DNA from: Squalus acanthias
Taxonomy: Eukaryota
Length of the DNA: 64,000 nt
Direction of reading: 5' to 3'
Assembly (NCBI GenBank): GCA_030390025.1
Contig: JASTWF010000033.1
Location: forward strand, 3,226,001 to 3,290,000
Shown here: positions 21,444-33,883 of the stretch, in pieces
How the letters are laid out: each line of letters begins with the position of its first letter
Position numbering within the stretch: position 1 is the stretch's first letter
The notes under the pieces: generated by a model
The model's input: only the letters and a program-made list of their open reading frames with translations
What the model was told of the DNA's origin: nothing
Databases searched by the model: none
Program-made: the position numbers and the translations under genes

Positions 21444-23011
21444 GTAACTTTGACATCACCGTTTTTAATTAATTAAAGCGAATAAATAACATGCAACTAA
21501 TGTGAAAAAATTAAGAAATGTTTGAATCACCATTAATTAACTGATAACCTTCTTTTGCAGAATGATAAATAATATAATATGGTGACTGAGGGACAGTCGA
21601 GACTTCAGTCATTTAGTTTGCTCTTTGCATGTGCTGAACTGTTAACCCATATCTAATTTTACACATTGTAATTTAGGAGAATGGTTTAAAATGTTCATTG
21701 CTTGTGAGAGCAGGACTCTGGGGCAACTTTTGTTAAATTTAACAGGATCGGCTATTTCACAGAACAAAAATGCTCTGACATAATGTTTTCAGACCACACA
21801 CTGACCGAGTTTCTTAGGCCCAAAGTGGATGATCTGAATCTTGCCCACGTTAAACTCCATTAATCACAGTTCAGGGGAGATTTAATAGAACTGTTCAAAA
21901 TTATGGGGGAAACTGTTTCCACTGGCAGGAGGGTCAGTAGGGCTGTGGGGGAAGAGCAGCGGAGTGGAACTAATTGGATAGCGCTTTCAAAGATGCTGCA
22001 TCAATTGTTCATTTAAATCTGCGATTGATAGTTTTTTTTTAACCACAGGTATTAAGGAATAATTCAAGTCTGTGAGACATTTTATAATTGTTTCAATCAT
22101 CATTAATCAACCAACAACATTGTGTTGCTCACTGCAGGAATTGCTAACAAGTTTACTGGGTGACAGCCAAACTGCAATAAATTATTATAGAATCACAGAA
22201 TCATACAGCACAGAAGGAGGCCATTCGCCACATCGTGCCTGTGCCGGCTCTTTGAAAGAGCGAGCCAATTATTCCCACTCCCCAGCTCTTTTCCCGAAGC
22301 GCTGCAAGAGTTTCTTTTTCAACTTATTTCCCTTTTGAAAGTTAATATTGAATCTGCTTCCACTACCATGTCAGGCAGAAATATATTTACATCAATGTTA
22401 TCCAAGTCCCATTTCACACATTGATTTCCCTGCTTTGCATGTCATAAAATGTTATCCCTTCTCATTTTACACACTCTATTTTCGGAGTTTGCTTAAAATG
22501 TTCGATGCTTGTGACATCCACCCTTGTTAGATTTAAAAAGATTGCAGCCCCTTTCCTTGTTAATCTCTGCCCCAAAGTGCTGTTGATGCTCATTCGTTGA
22601 GTATATTCAAGGCTGAGATCGATGATTTTTGGACTGCAGTTGAATCAAGGGATATGGGGATAGGCAGGAAAGTGGAGTTGAGGTCGAAGATCAGCCATTA
22701 TCTGATTGAATGGCGGTACAGGCTCGGGGGGCCATAAGGCCGACTCCTGCTCCTAATTCTTTCGTTCTTATGTCCTTTCACAGCAGAGCAAACTCGCCCC
22801 TGGACATGTATAAGGAGCAAGTTCCAACAAAATGTTTCCGTGAACGTGATAGCTCCTGCACTGCAGAAACGTCTCCACTTTCAGTATCAGGTCTGAAGGA
22901 AATGTTCAGCGAGGAGGTGAAACGCTGAATCCCACTTTTCAGGGATGTCCCAAAGCGCTTCACAGTGGCGTGAAAAGAAATGACTTGCACTTAGTAATTA
23001 AATATAGGGAA

Positions 23012-23096
23012 TGTCAGTAAGAATGATTCGAAACCACGCCTCTCAAATGAAACTGCGAGGTGAACGCAGCGCCTTCGACCACTCGGCCAGCCTGAC
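23012..23096 (-). pseudogene. tRNA-Leu(CAG)-derived, anticodon loop mutated to tt-CAC-ct
   Basis: Reverse complement gtcaggctggccgagtggtcgaaggcgctgcgttcacctcgcag.. with long variable arm. Confidence 0.85.
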
Positions 23097-23741
23097 AGCT
23101 CCCAAACTAAATTGCAAGTTATCACTTCCACATTTAGAAAGTTTCAGTCCGGATGCTTGTTCAATGCTGCTTGAAGGCTCGGTGACCGGGATATCATCTC
23201 CCCCGGGGTGCTTCTGAGCCTGTGCTCGGTGTATGGGGAGGTTTGGCCCGGGTCCCTGGTATCTTGCAGCCCAGGATGGACAATAACCCTCTGAGCTCTG
23301 GAGCTGGGGAAGAGCGATAATTAACGGGTTTGTTTCCGCGTCTGAAATGCGGCTTAGATCTGATGATATTAACCGAGGCCGGGGCTGCGAGATGTTGCAT
23401 TTTGTTTCGGTTTAATCAGAGGAATATCCGCAGTCAGGAGCTGAAAAGGACTAAGAGCTGAAAAAACACAAGAACATTGATAAGAAATGTAAGCAATTGT
23501 GATAAACTCGAAAAGTGTTTTCTGGTAGTTTAGTGGTTTAATTGTTTTAATCACCATTCATTAACCGATAGAGTTGTTTTTGCAGAATGAAAGAGATGCT
23601 CACACTGAGGGACAGTCGAAACTTCAATAACTTAAATTGAATAATTTGCGAAACTTTATTCATTGATGAAGTTTTATCACCGATCTGATTTTACACACTG
23701 TGTATTAATTTATTTCACAGAAATAATACTCTCGAACATAA

Positions 23742-23815
23742 TGGTTCCGCCCGGGATCAAGCCGGGTGCTTTTTCGAGTGCAAGGTTAACGTGATAACCG
23801 CTACACTACGGAAAC
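23742..23815 (-). pseudogene. tRNA-Val-derived, degenerate
   Basis: Reverse complement gtttccgtagtgtagcggttatcacg..ggcggaacca. Confidence 0.8.
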
Positions 23816-24274
23816 CATTGGTTCACACTGCCTCCGGAAAGATCTGTTCAGCGAGAAGGTGAAATGCTGAATCCCAGATTCAGGATTAATTTCCCATCAC
23901 TAACATTTCTCTGATAAAAACTGCACAAGTCAAAAATGTTCCTTTCAAACTCATTAAAGTTCCGAAATTCCTTCTCCCGAATCTTCTGAATCAGATGCCT
24001 CTGATTTTGTCCACTCAATCTATGTCCCTTTGCAATTTCTGCTCCCATCCACACGACTTACTGTGTAACTAATTAGTGTCGTTAAACTTGGGAATATACG
24101 CATATAGAAGACTCTTGGATTACCTTTTATGTCAGCAGCCATTCTATTCTCATACACTCTCTTTCCCCTCTTATTTTCCTTTTCACATCTCAAATGAACT
24201 TTCTATATTTAGCCTGATTCTCAGATATATTAGGACAGTTGAAGTCTCCCATTATCACTGCTCTATAGTTCATA

Positions 24275-25815
24275 GTCATAGAGTCAAAACAGCATAGAAT
24301 GAGGCCATTCGGCCCATCGAGTTCGTGCTGGCTCTCTGTAGAGCAATCCAGTCAGTCCCATTCCCCCGCTCTCCCCGCAGCCCATCGAGTCCGTGCTGGC
24401 TCTCTGTAGAGCAATCCTGTCAGTCCCATTCCCCCTCTCTCCCCGCAGCCCATCGAGTCCGTGCCGGCTCTCTGTAGAGCAATCGGGTCAGTCCCATTCC
24501 CCCTCTCTCCCCGCAGCCCATCGAGTCCGTGCCGGCTCTCTGTAGAGCAATCCGGTCAGTCCCATTCCCCCGCTCTATCCCCGCAGCCCATCGAGTTCGT
24601 GCCGGCTCTCTGTAGAGCAATCCAGTCAGTCAAATTCCCCCGCTCTGTCCCCGCAGCCCTGCAGGTTTATTTCCCTCAAGTGCCTATCCAGTCTACACTT
24701 GAAAACATTGAGTGTCTCCGTTTCCACCACATCCGTCAGCAGCGAATTCCAGGTCCTCACCACTCGCTGCGTATTTTTTTTTCCTAACGACCCTCCTGTA
24801 TCTCTTGCCCAATAACTTAAATATGTGTCCCCTAGACCTTTTAACATCAACTAGTGGGAACATCCTTTCCCCGTTTAGCCTATCCAAACTCATTATAATG
24901 TTTTACACCTGTATCAGATCACCCCTCAACCTCCTTTGTCTTAAAATACTCCTGTGCCGCGCCTTGGGGCGTTTTATTATGTCAAAGGCGCTATATAAAT
25001 GCAAGTTGTTGTGGTTGTAATGAAAACAAATGCAGCTTCTCCAGCCTGTCCTTGTAGCTAAGATCCGCCATCACCGCGACCATTCTGGTAAATCTCCACT
25101 GCACCCTCTCAAGGGCCTTCACATCCGTCCTAAAATGTGGTGACCAGATCAGGACGCAGTACTCCAGTTGCGGCCTAACCATAACTTTATAAAGGTTCAG
25201 CATCACTTCTCTACTTTTGTACTCCATACCTCTATTTATGAAGCCCAAGATCCGATATGTTTTGTTAACAACTCCCTCCATATGTCCTGCCACCTTCTAG
25301 GACCTATGCACATTAAATCCCCGGTTCCTCTTTCCCTGCACACTCTTTAAAACTGTGCCATTATGTGTATATTGCGTCTCACTGTTCCTTCTGCCAAAAT
25401 GCATCACTTCATACTTCTCTGTATTAAATTCCATCTGCCACTTGTCTGCCCATTCTGCTAGCCTTTCTCTGTCCTGCTGCAGTCGATTGATATCATCCTC
25501 ACTGTTTGTTACACCCCCAAGTTTGGTGTCGTCTGCAAATTTAGAAATTCTACTCTGTATTACAATATCCAGGTCATTTATAAATATCACAAAAGCAATG
25601 GCCCCAGCACTGACCCTTGGGGAGCAACACTGTCTACCATCCTCCAGTGTGAAAAACAGCCATTTACCACAACTCGCTGTTTTCTATCCTTCAGCCAATT
25701 CCTGATCCAAGATGCCACTGACCCTGCTATTCCATCAGCCTCAATATTGTAAACCAGCCTTCTATGTGGTACTTTGTCAAACACCTTTCTAAAATCCATG
25801 TAGGCAACATCCATT
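24275..25815 (-). mobile_element. CR1 3' portion with a small L2/SINE-tail insert at about 24945-25020
   Basis: [16 protein letters not shown] motifs on minus strand. Confidence 0.88.
24312..24659. repeat. 68-70 bp tandem repeat, 5 copies, derived from CR1 3' UTR
   Basis: gcccatcgag at 24312, 24380, 24448, 24516, 24586. Confidence 0.95.
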
Positions 25816-28675
25816 TGCATCAATTAGCTGCGCAAATAGATGTAAACAGATATGATATAATTGGGATTACGGAGGCATGGCTCCAGGGTGACCAAGGCTG
25901 GGAATTCAACATCCAGGGGTATTCAATATTCAGGAAGGACAGACAAAAAGGAAAAGGAGGTGGTGTAGCATTGCTGGTTAAAGAGGAGATTAACACAATA
26001 GTAAGCAAGGATATTAGCTCTGATGATGTGGAATCTGTATGATTAGAGCTGAGAAATACCAAGGGGCAGAAAAAGTTAGTGGGAGTTGTATACAGACCCC
26101 CAAACAGTAATGCTGAGGTTGGGGATGGCATTAAATGGGAAATGAGAGATACGTGCAATAAGGGCACAGCAGTTATCATGAGTGACTTTAATCTACATAT
26201 AGATTGAGCTAACCAAATTAGTAACAATACTGTGGAGGAGGAATTCCTAGAGTGTATACGGGATGGTTTCCTGGACCAATATGTCGAGGAACCAACAAGA
26301 GATCAGGCCATCTTCGACTGGGTATTATGTAATGAGAAAGGATTAATTAGCAATCTTGTTGTGTGAGGTCCCTTGGGGAGGAGCGATCATGATATGATAG
26401 AATTCTTCATTAAGCTGGAGAGTGAAGTAGTTGACTCAGAGACTGGGGTCCTGAATTTAAATAAAGGAAACTATGATGGTATGAGGCGCGAGTTAGCTAG
26501 GGTGGATTGGGGAGCGTTACTTAAAGGGTTGACGGTGAATAGGCAATGGCAAACATTTAAAGATCGCATGGATGAACGACAGAAATTGTTCATCCCTGTT
26601 TGGCTTAAAAATAAAAGAAAAAGGTGACTCAAACGTGGCTAACAAGGGAAATTAGGGATAGCATAAGACCCAAGGAGAGGACATATAAATTGGCCAGAAA
26701 AAGCAGCAAACCTGAGGATTGGGAGCAGTTTAGGATTCAGCAAAGGAGGACAAAGGGATTAATTAAGAGGGGGGGAAAAGAATATGAGAGTAAGCTTACA
26801 GGGAACATAAAAACTGACTATAAACGCTTCTATAAATATGTGAAGAGAAAAAGATTGGTGAAGTCAAGCGTAGGTCCGTTGCAGTCAGAATCAGGGCAAT
26901 GTATAATGGGGAGCAAAGAAATGGCAGACCAATTAAATACTTACTTTGGTTCTGTCTTCAAAAAGGAGGACACAAATAAACTGCCAGAGATGTATTGGAA
27001 CATAGGGTCTAATGAGAGGGAGGAATTGAATGAAATCAGTATTTGTAGGGAAATGGTGTTCGGGAAATTGACAGGATTGAAGGCTGATAAATCCCCAGGG
27101 CCTGATATTCTACATCCTAGGGTACCTAAGGAAGTGGCCTAGAAAAAGTAGATGCATTGCTGCTCACCTTACAAAATCTATAGTTCTGGAACAGTTCCCA
27201 TGGATTGGAGGGTAGCTAATGTAATCGCACTATTTAAAAAAGGTGGTAAAGAAAAAACGGGGAATTTTCGACCGGTAAGACTGACATCGGTAGTGGGCAA
27301 AATGCTAGAGTCCATTATAAAAGATGAAATAGCAGAGCACTTGGAAAACAGTGACAGGTTCGGACAAAGTCAACATGGATTTACAAAAGGTAAATCATGC
27401 TTGACTAATCTACTGGAATTTTTTGAGGATGTAACTGGTAGAATAGATAAGGGAGAAACAGTGGATGTGGTGTATTTGGACTTTCAGAAGGCTTTCGATA
27501 AGGTCCCGCATAAGAGATTGGCGTGCAAAGTTAAAGCACATGGGATTGGGGGTAAGGTATTGATTTGGATAGAGAACTGGTTTGCAGACAGGAAGCAAAG
27601 AGTTGAAATAAATGGGTCTTTTTCTGAGTTGCAGGCAGTGACTAGTAGGGAACTGCAGGGATCGGTGCTAGGACCCCAGCCATTCACAATATATATTAAT
27701 GATCTAGACGAGGGAATTAGATGTAATATTTCTAAGTTTGCAGACGACACAAAGCTGGGTGGGCGTGTGTGCTGTGAGGAGGACGCAGAGAAACTCCAGT
27801 ATGATTTGGACAGGTTGGGTGATTGGGCAGATGCATGGCAGATGCAGTATAATGTGGATAAATGCGAGGTTATCCACTTTGGTGGCAAAAACAGGAAGAC
27901 AGATTATTATCTGATCGGCAATAGATTGGGAAAAGGGGAAGTGCAACGAGATCTTGGAGTCCTTGTGCACCAGTTGCTGAAGGTAAGCATGCAGGTGCAG
28001 CAGGCGGTTAAGAAGGCAAATGGTATGTTGGCCTTCATAACGAGAGGATTCGAGTACAGGAGCAAGGATGTCTTGCTGCAGTTGTACAAGGCCTTGGTGA
28101 GACCGCACCTTGAGTATTGTGTGCAGTTTTGGTTGCCTTATCTGAGGAAGGATGTTCTTGCCATGGAGGGAGTGCAGCGAAGATTCACCAGACTGATACC
28201 TGGGATGGCAGGAATGACGTATGAAGAGATATTGGGTCGATTAGGCTTATATTCGCTAGAGTTTAGAAGAATGAGAGGGGATCTCATTGAAACTTATAAA
28301 ATTCTAACAGGACTAGACAGACTAGATGCAGGAAGGCTGTTTCAGATGGTGGTGAGTCCAGAAGCAGAGGTCACTGTCTAAGGATAAGGGGTAAGTCATT
28401 TAGGACTGAGATGAGGAGGAATTTCTTCACCCAGAGAGTGGTGAACCTGTGGAATTCTCTGCCACAGAAGGCAGTTGAGGCCAATTCATTAAATATATTC
28501 AAGAAGGTGATAGATATATTTCTTAAGGCTAAAGGGATTCAGGGATATGTGGAGAATGCAGGGACAGGGTACTGAATTTGGATGATCTGCCATGATCTCA
28601 TTAAATGGCGATGCAGGCTCGAGGAGCCGAATAGCCTGCTCCTGCTCCTATCTTCTATGCTTCTATGCTTCTGTG
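25816..28675 (+). mobile_element. Long CR1 (endonuclease plus RT, several stops/frameshifts) with (CTTCTATG)n tail
   Basis: YDIIGITE, GGGVALL, SDH, KSPGPD, FADD motifs; ORF 27152-28381. Confidence 0.95.
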
Positions 28676-28769
28676 CAGACTTCAGCGAACATCCCCATTT
28701 CTGAACTTATTTTGGAGGGAAGGTAATTGATGAATCAACTGAAGATGGTTGGGCCTCGGACACTGCCCT

Positions 28770-29690
28770 GTCTAGGACCCTCGTGATTTTGAACACCTTT
28801 ATCAGATCTCCTCGCAAACTTCTCTGCTCTAAGCAGAACAACGACAGCTTCTCCAGTCTATCCACGTAAATAAAGTTCCTCATCCCCCGAAACATGCTTG
28901 TGAAACTTTTCTGCCTTCACATCCTTCCTAAAATGTTGTGCCCAGAATCCTCCACCTGAGGCCGAACCAATGATGTATAAATGTTTAGCATTACTTCCTT
29001 GCTTTTGTAATCTATGACTCTATTAATAAAGATGATGTGGAGATGCAGGTTTTGGACTGGGGTGGACAAATGTGAGAATTCGCACAACACCAGGTTATAG
29101 TCCAACAGCTTTATTTGAAATCAAAAACTTTCGAAGCGCTGCTCCCTCGTCAGGTGAAGTGAAGAAGGTCATCTGTCGAAGGAGCAGCGCTCCGAAAGCT
29201 TGTGGTTTCAAATAAAGCTGTTGGACTATAACCTGGTGTTGTGCGACTTCTCCCATCTATTAATAAAGCCAAGGATCCCATATGCCTTTTAACAGCCTTC
29301 TCAACTTGTCCCACCACCTTCAAAGATAGATCAATCTTTGGTAAATCCAGGTCACTCTGTTCCTGCACACGATTTAAAATTGTAGCATTTAGTTTATATC
29401 GCCTCAGTTCAATCTTCCGCCCAAAATGGATCACTTCACACTTCTCTGTTAAATTTCATCTGCTATTTCTCTGCCCATTTCACCACTCTGTAGATGTCCT
29501 CATGAAGTCTGTTACGTTCTGTCTCATTATTTAGTACATTTCTGAGTTTCCTGCTCTGCAAACTTTGAAATGATGCCCAGTATTCCCAAGTCCAGGTCAT
29601 TAATATATATCAAAAAGAGCAGTGATCCTAAAACCGACCCCTGGGGAACACCACTGTATAATTCCTTCCTGTCTGAAAACTAACCGTTCA
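28770..29690 (-). mobile_element. Old CR1 fragment, paralogous to 40207-40857
   Basis: IHFGRK..YVDRLEKLSLF remnants. Confidence 0.8.
29032..29255. mobile_element. Penelope-type inverted pseudo-LTR insertion with paired hammerhead cores
   Basis: About 75-bp inverted arms 29082-29157 and 29169-29245; 13-bp TSD TCTATTAATAAAG at 29019 and 29256; empty site at about 40455. Confidence 0.75.
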
Positions 29691-29774
29691 CCCCTATTTA
29701 CAATTAATACACGTGCACAGCATCGCACTCATTCTATAAACACCCATTTTACATGTAAACACCACACCCATATA

Positions 29775-30000
29775 CACAACAACAAAAACAACTTGCATTT
29801 ATATAGCGCCTTTAAAGTAGTAAATCGTCCCAAGGTGCTTCACAGGAGCGATTATCAGACAGAATTTGACACCGAGCCACATAAGGAGATATTAGGACAG
29901 ATGACTGAAAGCTTGATCCACGTGAAAGATTTTAAGGAGAGTCTTAAAGGAGGAAAGAGAGGCGGAGAGCTTTAGGGAGGAAATACCAGAGCTTAAGTCC
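29775..30000 (-). mobile_element. L2-type 3' end
   Basis: aacaacttgcatttatatagcgccttt tail signature. Confidence 0.65.
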
Positions 30001-30379
30001 TTGGCTCATACACCAACAGTTTATATTTGTACACGGCCTTGTTAGCAGTCCTGAATATTGTTTCCCGCCGCAAGTTTAATTGTTTTTCAGAAGCTGCTCG
30101 GCCTGTTGTGTATTTTGAGCAGTTTCCCAGTTTATTTCCCTGTGATGTGATGGTTGTGGGGGCTCGGTGCGTGTAATTGGATTTTCTGCAGTCCGCCGGC
30201 AGCAGGTGGTGAAAGCGGGCGTGAGACGGTGAGTGACAGGTGAGCGCTGCTTCTGATGCTGTCTGACACCCGCTGGGAGTGGGCGGGGATTTTAAAGCCC
30301 TTTCATTTGTCCAAGCCAGGAGAAATGAAACAGTGTTTGAGGAAGGTGCATATATACAAACATCCCCGTTTCCACTGTG

Positions 30380-30451
30380 GACCTCGTGTCGCAACGGTAG
30401 CGCGTCTGACTCCCGATTAGAAGGCTGCGGGTTCAAATCACGGCGGGGTCA
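30380..30451 (+). pseudogene. tRNA-Trp body with CCC anticodon
   Basis: gacctcgtgtcgcaacggtagcgcgtctga-ct-CCC-ga-ttagaaggctgcgggttcaaatcacggcggggtca. Confidence 0.88.
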
Positions 30452-31191
30452 CTGTTCTATTGGATAGTCCCGGAGTTAATATTTTCTTTGCTGTTTCACA
30501 ATAATCAGATCCTTGCTCTAAAGTCTGTCTCGCTGTTTCCCCAATGTCAGGGAGAGAAGCGCCTGATGCCCTCATGTATTTAATTTTACTATTCACAAAT
30601 ACAGTTATTCGTTCAAAATCAACCTGCAGGTGGCCACACATAGAATAAACAGAGCCAGAGAGACAGACAGAATCGGGAAACACCGGGAAATAGGCAAGAG
30701 ATGTTGACAAGCAGATGTTTCCGAGACCAGAACCTGTCATCATTGATGAAGAACTGGAGCCTGTCCCAAAAACTATCAACACAGAGCTGGATATACTGTG
30801 GTTTATAAAGATTGTTGATATTGCCAGCCCACCTGTCCTCTCTCGGCACTTGCTTCTACCCAAAGCCCTGAATAAAGTACATGATGTGGAGATGCCGGCG
30901 GATAAAGTAGGTAATGGCCTGGGGAGTGGATTACCTGAAGAAACTGAAGATAGGAACTCTGCTTCTCAGATTGCTGGAAAGATGCCGTAGTTTTGTGTCT
31001 AAAAGCGCTTTGCGATCAGAACATTGTCTGAAGCCCTGTGGTTAATGAAAGGGCTTTTGATGCTTGATTTTCTTACACACCTTGGAATACAGGAAAACCT
31101 GGTTCGTGGTTTGCAGAACAAGTTAAACCCCTGGAGCGGATCAAACAGGCGCCTGGCTGCAACCAGCGACACAGACGTTCAAAGTAATGAG

Positions 31192-31264
31192 GCCCGGCGA
31201 GTTCAGTCGGCAGAGTATGAGACTCTTAATTTCAGAGTCGTTGGTTCGAGCCCTAGGTTGGATG
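31192..31264 (+). pseudogene. tRNA-Lys(CTT), degenerate
   Basis: gcccggcgagttcagtcggcagagtatgagactcttaatttcag.. Confidence 0.85.
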
Positions 31265-31817
31265 ATAGCATTTTGTTAAAATTTTATGTTGCTTTCACGG
31301 GAAAGCTTCGTTAATTAACCGATAATCTTCTTTTGCACAATGAAAGAAATGCTTACTGAGGGAGAGTCGATAGTTCAATAATTTGTTTTGCACTTTGCAT
31401 GTTAACTGTTGCCCATATCTCATTTTACACACTGTACTTCAGGAGTCTGGCTTAAAAATGTGCATTGCTGATGACACCAGGAATCTGGGGCAACTATTGT
31501 CAAATTTAACAGGACCGGTTATTTCTACCGTGTACAGAAAATAGAATCAGTACTGAACATAAATCCCCATTGTGCTGAATTTCAGATTCAACGCAGTCAC
31601 CTTTGAAATAAAGGGAAATTATTTTACAATGAAAAGATTGGGAAGTAAGTGTTACTGGTATTTGTGCCTTTAATTAAAGGTTGTGGCATCTGACTCCCGT
31701 TCATGTTTCTTCTTCCTCTGTTGAATAAGAAAGTGGGAATGACGTTGACCAGACTGCACTGCGCCTGATGTGTGTGAGCTCATCCTTTATATTGAGCGGT
31801 TTCTCAGCATTTGACCG

Positions 31818-31908
31818 ACGTCAGCTTTAGCTCAGCGGTTACTTCGTGATACCCATTTAAAATTCTAAGCTCGAACCCTGTCTCACCGCAGGCGCTGCCT
31901 GGCGTTTT
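31818..31908 (+). ncRNA. vtRNA: Vault RNA-like gene, copy 2
   Basis: GCTTTAGCTCAGCGGTTACTTCG matches the remembered human vault RNA 5' motif; ACGTCAG/CTGGCGT terminal stem; TTTT terminator; TATATT at 31788. Confidence 0.85.
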
Positions 31909-32410
31909 ATTGTCATTTTCAACCCCCTTTTACACCGAAACAAATTGTAACGGTGATTTCAATTTTGCTGTTTGAGATTTTTAGAGGGCAACTTTAAACG
32001 ATTCATTGCCGATTCCTGTCAGCATTGCGACCCGTGTTCGATTCCCGGTTGTGGAATTAACTTTGATATCAACGTTTTTAATTAATTAATGCGAAGTAAT
32101 TTTATTAAATTACTAACATGCATCTAATGTGAAAAATAAGAATTGTTTTAATGAACATTATTGAACCAATAACTTCCTTTTGCAGAATGAAATATATTAT
32201 AATATGGTTACTGAGGGACAGTCAAAACTTCAGTCATTTAATTTGCTCTTTGCCTGTGCTGAACTGTTAACCTATATCTCATTGTATACATTGGATTTTA
32301 GGAGAATGGTTCAAAATGTTTATTGCTTGTGAGAGCAGGGATCTGGGGCAACTTTTGTTAATTTAACAGGACCGGCTATTTCACAGAAAAAAAAAATTCT
32401 CTGACATAAC

Positions 32411-33883
32411 ATGCATCCTAGGGTACTGAAGGAGGTGGCCCTAGAGATAGCGGATGCACTAAGTATGATTTTTCAGAATTCATTAGACTCGGGAACAGTG
32501 CCCATGGATTGGAGGGTAGCTAACGTTACCCCACTATTCAAAAAGGGGGATAGGGAAAAAGCAGGTAATTACAGACCTGAAAGCCTTACATCAGTTGTGG
32601 GCAAAATGCTGGAGTCCATCATTAAGGATGAAATAGCGGAGCACTTAGCAAATGGGGACAGGATAGGACAGAGTCAACATGGATTTACAAAGGCTAAATC
32701 GTGCTTGACTAATCTATTGGAATTTTTTGAGGGAGTAACTGGTAAAATAGATGGGGGAGAGCCAGTAGATGTGGTGTACCTGGACTTCCAAAAGGACTTC
32801 GACAAGGTCCCACATAAAAGATTAGCATGGAAAATTGAAGCTCTTGGGATAAAGGGGAAAGTATTGACGTGGATAGAGAACTGGCTGTCAGGTAGAAAAC
32901 AGAGAGTTGGAATAAACGGCTCATTTTCTGAATGGCAGGCAGTAACAAGTGGGGTACCACAGGGATTTGTCCTGGGTCCCCAGCTGTTCACAATTTACAT
33001 TAATGACCTGGATCAGGGAGTCGTTTGCAGCATTTCCAAATTTGCAGACGACACTAAACTAGGAGGGGGGGGGGTGGGCTCAGAGGAGGAGACCAGGAAG
33101 CTCCAGAGCGATTTGGACAGACTGGGTGATTGGGCGGATAAATGGCAGATGCACTATAATGTGGACAAGTGCGAAGTTATCCACCTTGGGTGCAGGAACG
33201 GGAGGGGAAATTATTATTTAAATGACAATAAATTGGGAGAGGGGGAAGTACAGAGAGACCTGGGTGTTCTTGTACACCAGTCACTGAAGGCGAGCATGCA
33301 GGTGCAACAGGCGGTCAAGAAGGCAAACAGTATGCTGGCCTTCATAGCAAAAGGGTTGGAATACAGGAACAGGGATACCTTGCTGCAGCTGTACAGGGCA
33401 CTGGTGAGGCCACACCTCGAGTACTGTGTACAGTTTTGGTCGCCTCATCTGAGGAAAGATGTTCTTGCCATGGAGGGGGTGCAGCGGCGATTCACCAGGC
33501 TGATACCAGGAATGGCGGGATTGACCTATGAGGAGAGACTATGTAGTTTAGGGATGTACACACTGGAGTTTAGAAGATTGAGAGGGGACCTCATAGAAGT
33601 GTATAAAATTCTGACAGGTCTAGACAGACTAGATGCAGAAGGAATGTTTCCCTTGGCGGGTGAGAACAGAACTAGAGGACATAATTTAAGGATAAGGGCT
33701 AAACCATTTAGGACAGAAATGAGGGGGAATTTCTTCACTCAGAGGGTGGTGAACCTGTGGAACTCATTGCCACAGAGGGCAGTGTACGCCAGCTCATTAA
33801 ATATATTTAAGAGGGAATTAGATATATTTCTACAGGCAAAAGGGGTTAAGGGTTACGGAGAGAAGGCGGGGACGGGATACTGA
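32411..33883 (+). CDS. CR1 ORF2 RT, uninterrupted 490 aa in a young 5'-truncated copy (element about 32410-33985)
   Basis: Complete RT motifs, 3' UTR and (TATCTATG)n tail; empty site at about 21780. Confidence 0.92.
   Translation: MHPRVLKEVALEIADALSMIFQNSLDSGTVPMDWRVANVTPLFKKGDREKAGNYRPESLTSVVGKMLESIIKDEIAEHLANGDRIGQSQHGFTKAKSCLTNLLEFFEGVTGKIDGGEPVDVVYLDFQKDFDKVPHKRLAWKIEALGIKGKVLTWIENWLSGRKQRVGINGSFSEWQAVTSGVPQGFVLGPQLFTIYINDLDQGVVCSISKFADDTKLGGGGVGSEEETRKLQSDLDRLGDWADKWQMHYNVDKCEVIHLGCRNGRGNYYLNDNKLGEGEVQRDLGVLVHQSLKASMQVQQAVKKANSMLAFIAKGLEYRNRDTLLQLYRALVRPHLEYCVQFWSPHLRKDVLAMEGVQRRFTRLIPGMAGLTYEERLCSLGMYTLEFRRLRGDLIEVYKILTGLDRLDAEGMFPLAGENRTRGHNLRIRAKPFRTEMRGNFFTQRVVNLWNSLPQRAVYASSLNIFKRELDIFLQAKGVKGYGEKAGTGY

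Noticed and set aside
30712..30998. Insert absent from the paralog at about 39400, possibly a Penelope fragment
   Set aside because: Shares only atgatgtggagatgc with 29032; too little to classify
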